This document shows, piece by piece, positions 24,601 through 36,600 of a stretch of DNA of 64,000 nt. The DNA lies in the NCBI GenBank assembly GCA_051294905.1, contig CM119386.1, positions 13,826,001 through 13,890,000 on the forward strand. Direction: 5' to 3'. The notes under the pieces were generated by a model. It saw nothing but the letters and a program-made list of their open reading frames with translations, made no database searches and was not told where the DNA came from. How positions within the stretch are numbered: position 1 is the first letter of the stretch; every line of letters starts with the position of its first letter. Position numbers and translations under genes: made by a program. The stretch is from Botryllus schlosseri. Its lineage: Eukaryota.

Positions 24601-27600
24601 GGTAAAGCTGCCCATTGGGGTTGGTAACCCCTGAGATAATACGCATCTTATACTATGATAAACTGTGTCTTACGACTGAAAATCTTTGGTACCGGTAACG
24701 ACCTTCTCACATAAATATCCCTACGGCACTTCCTCAGCCCCCCAACGTTAGTCTTGGGCCCCTACAGGGTTATAAACCGAACTTCTGGGGGACTTAGCCG
24801 CCTAGACCAGCGGTTCTCATACGAGGTTCCGCGAAGCATTTTCAGGGGGTTCGCGAAGCCTAAAAATATTTGATAACCTAATTTGTATTTTTTAATTCGG
24901 GAAATCGCGAGGAAGTTTCGCTTCATTACTAATAAAACCAAAGAGCTCAAATCAACAGAATGGCCGTCTGAGATGAAATATCCTACTGTGCAGATCATTT
25001 TAATTGCTAAATTGCCCACTGATACAAACATTTTGCTGTTTAGAGATTTTGTTGGGGATTGTGCGAAAGAAAAGTTGGATGAGTAAAGTCAATAACGGTG
25101 ACTTCGAAATGTTTACAACAATCCATTTTCTCCTGTTTGTTTGTTTTGAGGTATTCATGGTGTTTGTCGACTACTATGGTCATTTACACCAGGCCGATAT
25201 TCTTTATTTTTAAACCGTAACAGTCGACTTATAGCACGGCCCACTTCTAGGCTTTTGAAAGACACCGCTTACGCAGATTAGGGGTCGAGGAGGAGCCTAG
25301 GTAAACCTACAACTCTGTGATGGATAACGATTTTTCCAGGGATATATAGAACTCCGGGATGGCTGACTTCATTTTGGCCATTACCTAAGTAGGTCCAGAA
25401 AGTTACCTGCAATCTGCCTCGAAATATCCACTTTTCTGCAAGCTAGCAATACAGCTGTTTCTAGAATAACGATCCTCAACCTTTTGCGGAATAGTTAGTT
25501 AAGCTAGACATTCTTCCATTATCACAACCTTACTGCTGTATAGCCAACCTAGTAAAGTTCAACACTGCTGTATAGCCAACCAAGTAAACTATCACAACTC
25601 TGAATTTCAGTAAATCATGAATGTGTTTAATTTCTACACATCATATAATCTGCATCAGGCCATAAATAACAGAGTGAATAACGAATAATATCAGCGTCTT
25701 CTACCTATTTACAAGCCATTGTCGGAAACCTTGCAGCTGGGATGGGGGGGGGGGAATAGGATTGATTAAATCAACCGTTTCAATTCGCGTTAACCGACAA
25801 TTACCATGGAGTATAGGGTTGCATTTAAAACAAACATATTTAAAACCAGGCCCTTGTATAAAATATACTTTTTTTAAGCCATGACGTCAAGAATATTCAA
25901 TAGTGACGTCATATTGGATTGACATTGACAATTGAAAATATAGTGTAAATATAGCTCCTTTGACGAAATATCTGTGCTATTGCCGTTGAACCGACTATTT
26001 TGAGGGTTCCAGCCATCCCATATCGATATTAGTCGGCTATATCGGGTGGTAATCGTCCGTAGGCTCATATAACACGTATTTTAGAAAGTATTTACACAAT
26101 TATGGCATAATTTTACAACGTTGGAAGAATTTTTTTTAAAAGGCCTTTGTTTAAAACACTGTTTAAAGCATGTTTTAAACATAGTATTTCAAACACCGTT
26201 GATTTTAAATGCACCCCTGCCATGGAGCATTTCCAATAACAAAAAGATAGCACGGCCTGTAAGGACTCGAAATTGTGATAGCAGCATTGTCAGCTTCTAT
26301 GTCACTCAATGAAAGTTGATCAAGAAATCAACACACCATTGATACTTCTCTTCAGGTTCAAATGTAGCCTCGGGTAGAAGTTTGGTACATATCATTATCA
26401 ATTCAAGCAGCATTCGGTAGACCCAGTTGTTGAATTCAGCTGATATTTTGTTCACCGAGAAATAGTTTCATGACCGCAGTGAAGAAATTGCCACCATGGC
26501 TTAACGGTACATCACGAATGGGCCTCCTGAAGCATTTCATGCCATTTATCAGTTGAGAAATATTCAGTATCATTGTCTTGCAGATTTTCCGATAGAGCGA
26601 TAGATGATTCCATGTAAAAAAATCATCTCGGTGAGGAGGCACGAGATCCAAATATTCAAATCGTGGCCATCTTTGCCAAGATTTCAATGGAATGTGCCCA
26701 GTATAATATATCAGGATATCCACTGTTGACGTGATGCAAATGCTGGAACATCGCGTTTGTTTTTCCGGAATCTGCAACAAAAATAAACAAATAATGTATT
26801 TAGAGACACAAATTAACCTTAAGAATATATATAGATGTATGCAGAGTTGGTCAGTAGTGAAGAACTTCTACTTCATTGCAGTACTCAAGTAGTTGTTGCC
26901 TATTTTCGAAGATACATCTTGTAATTCTGAAGCAGCCATCTCCAAACTTGAGTACCTTGCAGGCATTTCACTTTACAGCTACTTAAGGAAGTTAAAATAC
27001 CAGTACGCTCGGGAATACGACTGTTACTTGAGTAGCAATGCAGACTACTTTAACCACATCAAGATTAATGTAAATCGCTCATGTAATAACGTATCACTAG
27101 AATCAGCCAAACTTACCTTGGGCCGACTGAGGAGAGGTCCATGCGTTATTGCAACGATTTGACTAAACCTTGCAAATTGAAAGCAATCTTCAAAGTTTTC
27201 TCTTCCTCCATCGTACAGGCCTATAGCCTATAGGCTATAAGTGTTTATATGGTAAAGACAGGCCGTATCTCAGGGTCGTCTCGTGTCCTGACGATTGTGT
27301 TGGCTTATCCATTCAAGGGAGTGGGCATCTTCATGGCCTCAGTAAGAGCAAATGGTCAACAAATGTTGTGGCCATATACTGGGAGTCAGCCATTGGTAGT
27401 TCACAACAGTGCACTTCTGTTGAAGTATAATTCCAGTACTGTAGCATTGAGGTGCCGCTCATTAACAAACATATGCCTGCCTTGTTTTACCAGACATGTT
27501 ACTGATGAATAGTATCTGTAACAAGAGATTGGATTCAACAGTTGTTATGGACACTTACACAACTGCAAAGACCTTGACGCGTTGTGTTGTGTTTGTATTA

Positions 27601-30600
27601 GATTCAAATGTTTGGTTATTCTCAATTGAAATTCCTCTTGAATCTTGCACACCGGTGGTGTACTCAGTGGCTCTAATTCTTACTAGGAATAATCCAGCAA
27701 TGATCTGGAATACCGGTAAGCCTGCAATACCAGCAGCCAGCACTACCTGCATACTCACATATTAATCTATAGTACAAGATCTTAACTGACAAAGTCCCTC
27801 CTAACGGTCGCCTTCATAGTTGACACGGCACAGTGTAAATGTACACTTGTACTTGTGCAATGTACAGCCTTGGATGGTGACATACATTCGCATAACATGC
27901 CGGTAAATGAAAAACATACCGCAAGGCGTAATCAAAATCATACTGCGGATATCAATGTTAACGTTGGAAATTATTCTACATTTTGTTATCTTCTCACGAT
28001 TATCAGCGCAGCAAATCATGTTACATAAGATACTACAGAAGCAGAGATATTCCGAAGGCGAGTAAATGGCCGTACCGGTATACCGGTAAATTGCTGCTGA
28101 AGGAATAGGGCTAATACCGCAAAGTTTCAGACTACCTGAACATCTCATAACCTAGTTAACCTCTAGCTTTATATAATAACATAAACATGGATATTATATG
28201 CCTCTACCGCTCTCAAAAACTTAAAATTACACACAGATGAAGCGGCTGACCGTAACGTGAATCAAAACTGAATGCGCGAATCTGGACCCACTTAGGTAAT
28301 ACCGCGATGACGCAATTGACGCAGTCAGCCATCCCGGAGTTCTATATATCCCTGGATTTTTCCCGTAATCATTTCAAGATAAGCTTGCTAGATAAAAAAA
28401 GTTTCTCCATTTTGGTGCCATGTTTGTTTCGATCATACCCAAATGTGTCGTCGGACGCGTTTCGCGTTATTATTACATTCGCCACCATCTATATTTGAGG
28501 AAATGGATTTTCGGCACTCGTTCATGTCAAATCGAAGGCGCGGAATTTCAAGACACGACCACTTATATCAAGAAATACAGTTGCAGAATTTGCTTTGAAA
28601 TAAGAGAAGTCAACCCAAATTCCACATGAATAGTATGATCTTATTTTCAAGAAAAGACTTTTTGTTGATGTTGATCACTAAGGCTATTAGTTATCATTTG
28701 CACGCGACAGATGACGATTGCACGATAAATGAGCTAAATTTGAACTAAAACTTCGTGGGGGTCCTCGGGGTCTGTGACGGTCTGAAAGAGGTCCGGGAAG
28801 ACAAAAAGGTTGAGAACCACTGGCCTAGACCTTCCAACTGCGGCTGTCCGTTTTCATCGCTAGCGAGTGAGCGGTCCTTTTCGGCTAAGGTTTTCTCGCT
28901 GCCGATCGTTCGTATGTCTTCGTGCGTCAAGGCGCTGTAATGGCCGACGCCTAAATGTCCATTGCTACAAATCATGCGTATTTTTTCTTGGGCGAAGGGT
29001 ATATACCATATAATCAAGATATCTGCCCATACGAAATCGCGCAATGCGCGAAAAAAATTTGAATAAGGTTGCATAAATGTTCAAAAAATACTCTATGACT
29101 TATGTTCATTCGTAAAATTATTTTGGGCCCCTTTGAGCTCGCCCACTCGTCGAGGTAGTGCAACAGTGAAGATACGCGTGTCAGTAATTTCGCAAAGAGT
29201 AGGATTCACGTATTATTTATCCATTAATTGCATAGCAATCTTGTCATGTTTTCTGCGCAACTAACATTGATACAGAAACAGTCGCTGGCTGTTGAATCGC
29301 TATGCTCATATCGTCGCCTACAAATCGCCGGCGTAGCGTAAGCAATAAGCATACTGAACTTTGAAAAGGACTTATACTCAATCCAAATTTGCAGAGGCTG
29401 CACTACTATTGAATTCACATACCAAGAGTTCCCGCCTGCGTCACAAATTTACATTGTATAATGTATGTGGTCCAAAATGGGATCTCAATGTATTTGGGGG
29501 ACTAATCAGAGAACAGCAGTTGCTTCCCGCCCGTCTAGAATTGATCTATAACTTGTAGTGCATTTTGTCAGGAGAAGGTGGAGAACCATTGATAAGATGG
29601 GAGCGGATGAACCGCTGATTATGAATATGAAGTGAAGTTATGGTGAATAATTTATGAGACACGAGGTGTAAAGATTCTATTCCTCAAAGTCATCTGTCAA
29701 TGTTACCCCATTACACGGTAATGAAATATTAGCATAAAATTACGGAATTATTGTATTATCCATCTAGAGTAGTATCATAGCAATTTACAACCTAAATACG
29801 TGGTAAATTACTATGTTAGAAGATTATCTCTCGCTACGATATTGTACGGACCGTTATCGTATACCATGAATTCTGTGAAAGGGCTATTTGTTTCATTATG
29901 TCCTGGTATTCTATAAACTGTTAAATGTATTACAACGAAGTGTCCGTACCTCAAATCAGAAGGTTGTCTCTATAGCATGCAGCCTAATATCATTTCAATT
30001 TTAGAGTAATTGAATACCTTTGCATTTACGCCGCAGCGTGCTTGCGGCGTAGCACAATAATAGGTTCTGTGCAGTGTACAACGTGCATCTTCAACGAGCT
30101 CCGATAAGCTAGTTTTGTATTGGGCAATAACAATAAGCCTTCCGTACCATATTTGTGTCTAAGGAAAGCACACCATAGAATTTATACCTTATACCTTTCC
30201 CCATGCAAGATGATGATAACGTGTCGGAGCTAATCTTATGCTTATGGCGATGTCGACTGTTGGTGTTGGTCGCGTTCGCTGAGAATTATGACCCATCCTA
30301 GCGACGGCATGGGAAGCAGTAACGGGAAAAGAAAAGTCGGCTGTCAGCAAACGTATGATGTTAGAGAAATGGATGTAGATATGGATAATAAATCAATAGA
30401 TTTCAGTGAAGGAAAGCCTAGACAAAGGTAAATATTGAGTATGCTACGCATATTGCATAGGATTTTGTACAGGAAATGGCATCGAGACGGTACTATTTGC
30501 TATGCAGCTATGCTGTACTGTGCAAGAAATAGCACCATTAACTCGTTACTCGTCATTATAGTTGCCTCGAAGGAAGTAAAGGCAGCCATGACCTTAGGTC

Positions 30601-33600
30601 GGTTCAGCTATAGTCAGAAAAAGACCATTAAACTTGTTTTTGACGCTCCTCCACGACAGTATAAATAAAGTTTTCAGTTAGGAAAAGAGCGCGCGTAATA
30701 ATCACCTCGCACACACTTTTATTATAGCCTACGATCAACAATGTGTAATGAGGGTCCCTGTTGCGCAATAGGCAACGAAGTACCGAGTTCTTTCGTTGTT
30801 ATTCCAGGCCAATTTAAAAATGAAATTGCAAAGCAAGTTCATGTAATGATGTACTAATCGAGTTGACCGGTTATCCGTTATAGACATATACCACATGTGC
30901 TGTGCAATACATACGTGTCCTTAGTTGTGAGATATAGTAATTTATGGTCTTATAAGCCCTGTCCTCTCAGCGCTATTCAATTGTACATTTACAGCACAGT
31001 CTACATAAACGTCGCCGCTGTTTTAGTTTAATTCGCTATGCCTATAATAAGTTGAAGAGACATGTTTAATTTTTTACATTCTTGTTGAAGTCGATTGTAC
31101 ACTATAGGGTTGTTCAGAATTGACCGACTTTTAAAAAGTCATGTTTTTCAGTCCATTTCCCGTATCCGTATCCGATGAAAACATATTCTAGCTACTTTTA
31201 TCTGTAACTCATCCCTTGCATTTGTGTGCATGTACAGTGTACACTGTACAATACAGTACACTCCATTAGAAGTGTGGAGAATTATCTTACAGAGTTTCCT
31301 TCATTTCTCGTTGTCTTGTCGCAACTCTGCAGATATCCACGACCTTTATAGTGTTACAGATTCCGATCTCGGATTTAATTTCGAACGACCGTTATTTTTA
31401 TCTTCATTCCACGTCTCATGGGTCAACCGGTGGCGATTTCATATATCCCCGCATATATCTCATCATCTCATCATATCTCACCCGAGCGAGATAGTGTAAT
31501 GGTTATGCGTCCGGCTTCTCGAGCGGTAGGTCGTGGGTTTGATCCCCGGCCGGGTCATACCAAAGACTCGAAAAATGGTATCCGCAGCTATCCTGCTAGA
31601 CGCTCAGCAATCACGGATAGCATGGAGGAGAAAAAAAAACGGGGGCGCAGACTAGATGACCTCATGGGGCCGTATCGCAACTCCGTCGCCAAAGCATCTC
31701 GATGGTGCAGGCGAGAAAGAATATCATATCTCTCTCTCTCTCACGATTCTGAATGACCGGATCCAATCATGTATTCCAGAATTCAGCTCAAGTTTTTCGT
31801 GAACGAGTCAACGTGGATTGAGAGGCTCCGATTTTATTTCGTTAAGAATCAACGAACAAGTTGGTACTTGCCGTTTGCTGGCCGGTTGTGGGGTCGCCGA
31901 TTGATTCGGGATATCTTTACAGGTTTACGCATTCGACTGTTCAATTTCGTTTTAAAGCTCCTGACGGTCGCGCTTTATTTGTTTCGAGCCATCGAGGACA
32001 CTTCTATAGCCACCAACTGGTAAGCTTGCTGAATGCTGAACAATCTACAGAGGTGGTCGGTATAACGAAGTACTTCAACATTTCAGGAATACTGAATTAG
32101 TTTTGAAATTTTGAGTTGAATTAATATTCCCAGAACATATTCCATGTTTTGTTGGTCTGCAAAATAATTTTGGCTCTAGAAGCCAGCTAGATCATTGATT
32201 CTTAACCTTTTTGACCTCGCGGACCGGCAAAACTTCAAAACAAATGCTGCGAACCAGTGAATCTTCAAAAATCACTATTAACCCTGAATCTAATCGCAAC
32301 TATAATGTGTGCAACGCAACTGTAATATTGGAAACTGCATTTAATGCTGTATTTTCGATATTAGACATTTATATGTGGTTCTATTGAAGTTGGTGCAAGG
32401 CGAAACCCGTGACGTCCGGTTAAATGCTATACTAACTTTATCGTGGTTGTTCGTTATCGTCTGAAATGTGATTTTGCTGTTTGATATGGCCAGTATTATT
32501 CTGCCAAGTGTTGCCTAATTGCAATATCGGAATTTCAGTAAGTTTGTTTGAGAATATCTGTAGTTTTAACATGTAACTTGCAGAAACAAGTTTTAGGCTA
32601 CTTTTCAACAGTTTCGGTACAATACTTCACCATTGTGACGTACTCCCAAAGTAGACCATGAACTCTATATTACGACAAGCAGAAAATGTGTCCCAAACTT
32701 CTAAGCTAATCTAAAATTTGATGTTTTATTACTAAATCAGTGGACAAGCAACAACTTTTTTTCAGTTTTGAGTTGAGATATAAAATTTGAATATATATTA
32801 GGCGGACCGGCAGGTATAACCTGCCTTGGACTGGCGTTTGAGAACCACTGCTCTAGATAGCGTATAGGCCTAATTCCACAATGCATCTCGTACCTTCTGA
32901 TTTGGTGCTTCGTACTCGAGGGTTGCACGGATCCACGGACCCCTGGTATTAGAACCCATGTACTTGAGTAATAGCGATAACTACTTTGATCGCATCTGTA
33001 GTTAACGTTATATATACCGCGATGCGTGGATCCGTGGTTCCCAATTCGGATTGGGAGAGTAACCAGACGCAATCGAATACGTAGATCTCCTTTATTTCCG
33101 CCAATAGCGAACCTAAATGTATTTACGAAGTCTCAAAAACAAGTTGCAAAAGACAACACGTCTACTCCCAGCCAGTATTACGCTGATGCCTTGTTCGGTG
33201 AGACTTTGAAAATGTCATTCTGCTTCACTCATTAGTAGGGCGATTTTTTTGACTGGTAAAAAAAAGTCAAAATTGTAGTGTTAGGTCAAAAAAGGTTAAA
33301 ATTGTTGACAAAGTTAAAACTTTTTGCAGCCTGCATTTCGTTTGTATCATAGATGTTTGCACTGTCGGTGAACTTATCAATTGACATTTACATCTTGTAG
33401 CCTACTTTATAGACCTGACGTTGTAGACGGCCCATTGTCTGCTCATTGTGAATCATAAACATTCAAATCAAACAAATAGGTTGACATGGTGTTATGCTCG
33501 ACGTACCGCAATATCCTAACTGTAACAAGACTGCGTGGGCATTGCATGGTTCTTATATCAAGAAGCGCATGATGAAAAAGTAGACACCATATTGTTAGAA

Positions 33601-36600
33601 TGAAGCAACACGGTGTGTCACCAGCAGTGTACGCGTAATTTCAGTTACGTGATGTAACTACTGGAATTCTTCATTGGGCCAGATTTCGTTAAAATGGTGT
33701 TTTTTGATGGAAAAATTTGTCAGTTTTTGAGTGAAAAAAAACTACTTCGTAAGAACAGACAGTTCCAACCAGAAATGAAGATGAGTAGTACAATTCTAAC
33801 ATTATGTGGGAAAACATCTAATTTGCATATGTTCGGTCAAAATTTGGTCAAAATTAAGTTTTTTAGGGTAAAAAATGTCAAAATTTTGATTTTTAGGTCA
33901 AAATCTTCCGTTTTTTAGGTAAAAAGAAATCGCCCTACTCATTAGCATTGCGTTACACGCAGAGCAAACATGTCCAAGCAAGCATATCCTAGTTTACACA
34001 GAATTGATCACATCTAATCAATTGATGGCAACAGCCGACTATAAAAACCATCGATTCAAATCCGAGCTATTTGTTTAACCACGGGTTAACCGAATATTTT
34101 CGGATTCGTCTTACATAGCTGTCTTACTGCCTTATATCTTCATCAGCTGCGGGAAATGCGTTCGTAATTGGACCGAGGGTGCCGACAACCCCACATGGAC
34201 GGATCAGTATATATTCAGTTGGGCATCGATTGGGTGGGTCGAAAGACGCTTCGAAGTCTGGATAATACAGGTCATATCATAGAAATGATACCTGTAATAG
34301 CGATTCTAGCAACGTTTCAAACTATAGAATGTAGTTGTAGAGACGTATGATAAAGACTGAAGAGTTTGCTATTGCAGGTTGTTCTCGCCGTAATTTGCTT
34401 CATTCACGCCATTTTGTCGATTGTCGTGAATTACAAAGGCAACCTGACTCAGAACGTCTTCACTGTTAACAATTTACTGGAACTAATATGCACCGGTCCA
34501 TTCATCGCGTCGGTAAGATATCTCCTGGACATTATAGACCGGCAATTCAGATTTATATCAAGCTATTGTACTATCTAATGACTGATCACGGATTCACTTA
34601 ACACTACAGTGGGCCTCATTCATCCTTCAGGCTATATGCATATGCAGTATAGTCTATTTAATAGGGATGGTGTGAACTTGAGGTTCACGTTCGCGTTCTG
34701 TGTGTGAACCTCAGAATTTTAGAGGTTCACGTTCACAAACGAACGTTGGTAGGTTCTGCACTGTGAACCTTTTTCATATATTACAATTTTCTCTTCATTA
34801 TAACATTTTTGTTGAAATTTATTGCATTTCAACTGCGAGCCACTCGATGCACGGCGCTTTGCAGCATAAAAAATCAACACTAAACTAGCTTGCGCCTTGC
34901 CAATCTCAAAGATTTTACTTGCTTTGTTACAAAAGTTTGCTCGAAATATCCAGCTTTCCGTAGTGAATATTTAGTGACTCTCTGCTATGTAAGCTTAACC
35001 CGCAATCACACAACATCAAGAGCGAATACACTACATGTAGGTAGTCAGCGAATGATGCTTATTCTACCAATCAATTAAATTGATATCGTTGCCTGATGTA
35101 AAAAATCTAGCAGGCGTACGGAGTCTATCTTGACTTCATATGTTTAATGTATCATAAAAACTAAATCCGTGCGATTGGGGTGTTGGCTACTACCGTATAA
35201 CTTGTTAATGGGGTAATATTAGTAGCAAGTATAGAAACCCGTTTTACACTCTGCTCAATATCAACGTAGCAATACTGTGACGCCGAATACATTCGCCCGG
35301 TCTGGCCTAGACCGTTAAGGTGTAAGCTTATATTCCCTTGCAAGTCCCCGTCGAAATTTTCGGCAAAGTGACGAAAGATATTGATTTTATGGGATTATTA
35401 TATCTTTTGATGGGCCCAATTGATACATTTGGCGACGTTTAAAACCACTTCATTGTACTTCAGCATTGTGGCATTATGTGGCCCGAGCCGTCGCTGGGTA
35501 TCGTGTACAATATAGGCTATCACTTCACTGAAATGAAGGGTTGGAATTAGCAAAATGACGTCACGTGACGTCATGAGGTTCACGTTCGTGTTCACACAGA
35601 ACCTTTCAAAAAGGTTCACGTTCACACGAACCTGAACCTTTCAGAGGTTCACACCATCCCTACTATTTAACGCTGGAGTACAGTACATAGTTTAGCAGCC
35701 TGTTGATTGTTGCTTGGATTCTAACGGTAGTTCTGTGAATGTAGGCTATCGCAATGTACTTTTCTTCATAAAGCTTTGCATCATAGAGCAACTTGATATA
35801 CACGGGGGTGGGAAATTCACCAATATATCTATTTGGGTTATTGTCCGCTGCGTTTCGAAATGATCCCGCTGACTTCGCCAATCTCACAGCAGTTGGTTAT
35901 CAAACCTGTCATTATGTGATTCATTTTTTCAGCTATTTTGGCACGAGCTGCGATGCATCTTCGCCCCCGTATTTCTTAACATCTGGCTGGCTAACAGTGG
36001 ACTGAACGATATGATGGTAACGCAGCTTTGGATTATGCGGCTGTGGGCAACCAATAAACCAGTTTCCATCTCGCTTTCATTTGCAGAACGATCTTCAAAG
36101 AGCGACGCAAAGACAAAAGAGTGCAATGTTTAACCAGATGTGCATTCTTTTATCGACGATACTAGCCCTTCTGATTACTTGGTGAGTATTTATATTGCGA
36201 AGAGGCCACGACGCAAAATCTCTCACGTCGACTCGTCTAGTAAACACTACATGCTGTACACAACTGTCGCTGTCGTATTGAATAGAGCAGTGCTTCTTAA
36301 CCTTGTAACCTTGTCGCCAGCGCCCCCAGGGGGCGATTCGAATGTTGAAGGGGCGATATGGGGGGGGGGCGCTGGGACGCTATGCAGGCGTCAAAGAGAA
36401 ATGGAATTGCAGTACAGATGGTGTAGTACAGGGGTTCTCAACAGGGGGTCCGCGAGGTCTCTGAATTTACAAAATGGTTGATAACCTAATTTGTATTTAT
36501 TTAAATTTTAAAAATCACGAGGCAGTTTCGCTTCAATACTGGTAAAACTCCAGGACTCACATCAACAAACTGGCCGTCTGACATAAAATATCCTACTGTG

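Larger units (their letters stand above)
24808..28822 (+). mobile_element. Charlie-like hAT MITE expanded to 4 kb by nested insertions
   Basis: cagcggttctc...gagaaccactg; perfect TSD gcctagac (24800-24807 and 28823-28830); its outer parts are colinear with 36429-37218. Confidence 0.85.

Noticed and set aside
31484-31556. Possible tRNA gene
   Set aside because: B box is mutated, no clean acceptor stem, and it continues into a SINE core and (TC)n tail.
32921-32959. 39-nt phase 2-2 cassette exon candidate in KCNT intron 3
   Set aside because: Weak acceptor and donor (GTACTT), no homology, and the flanking exons already join into a family-typical sequence.
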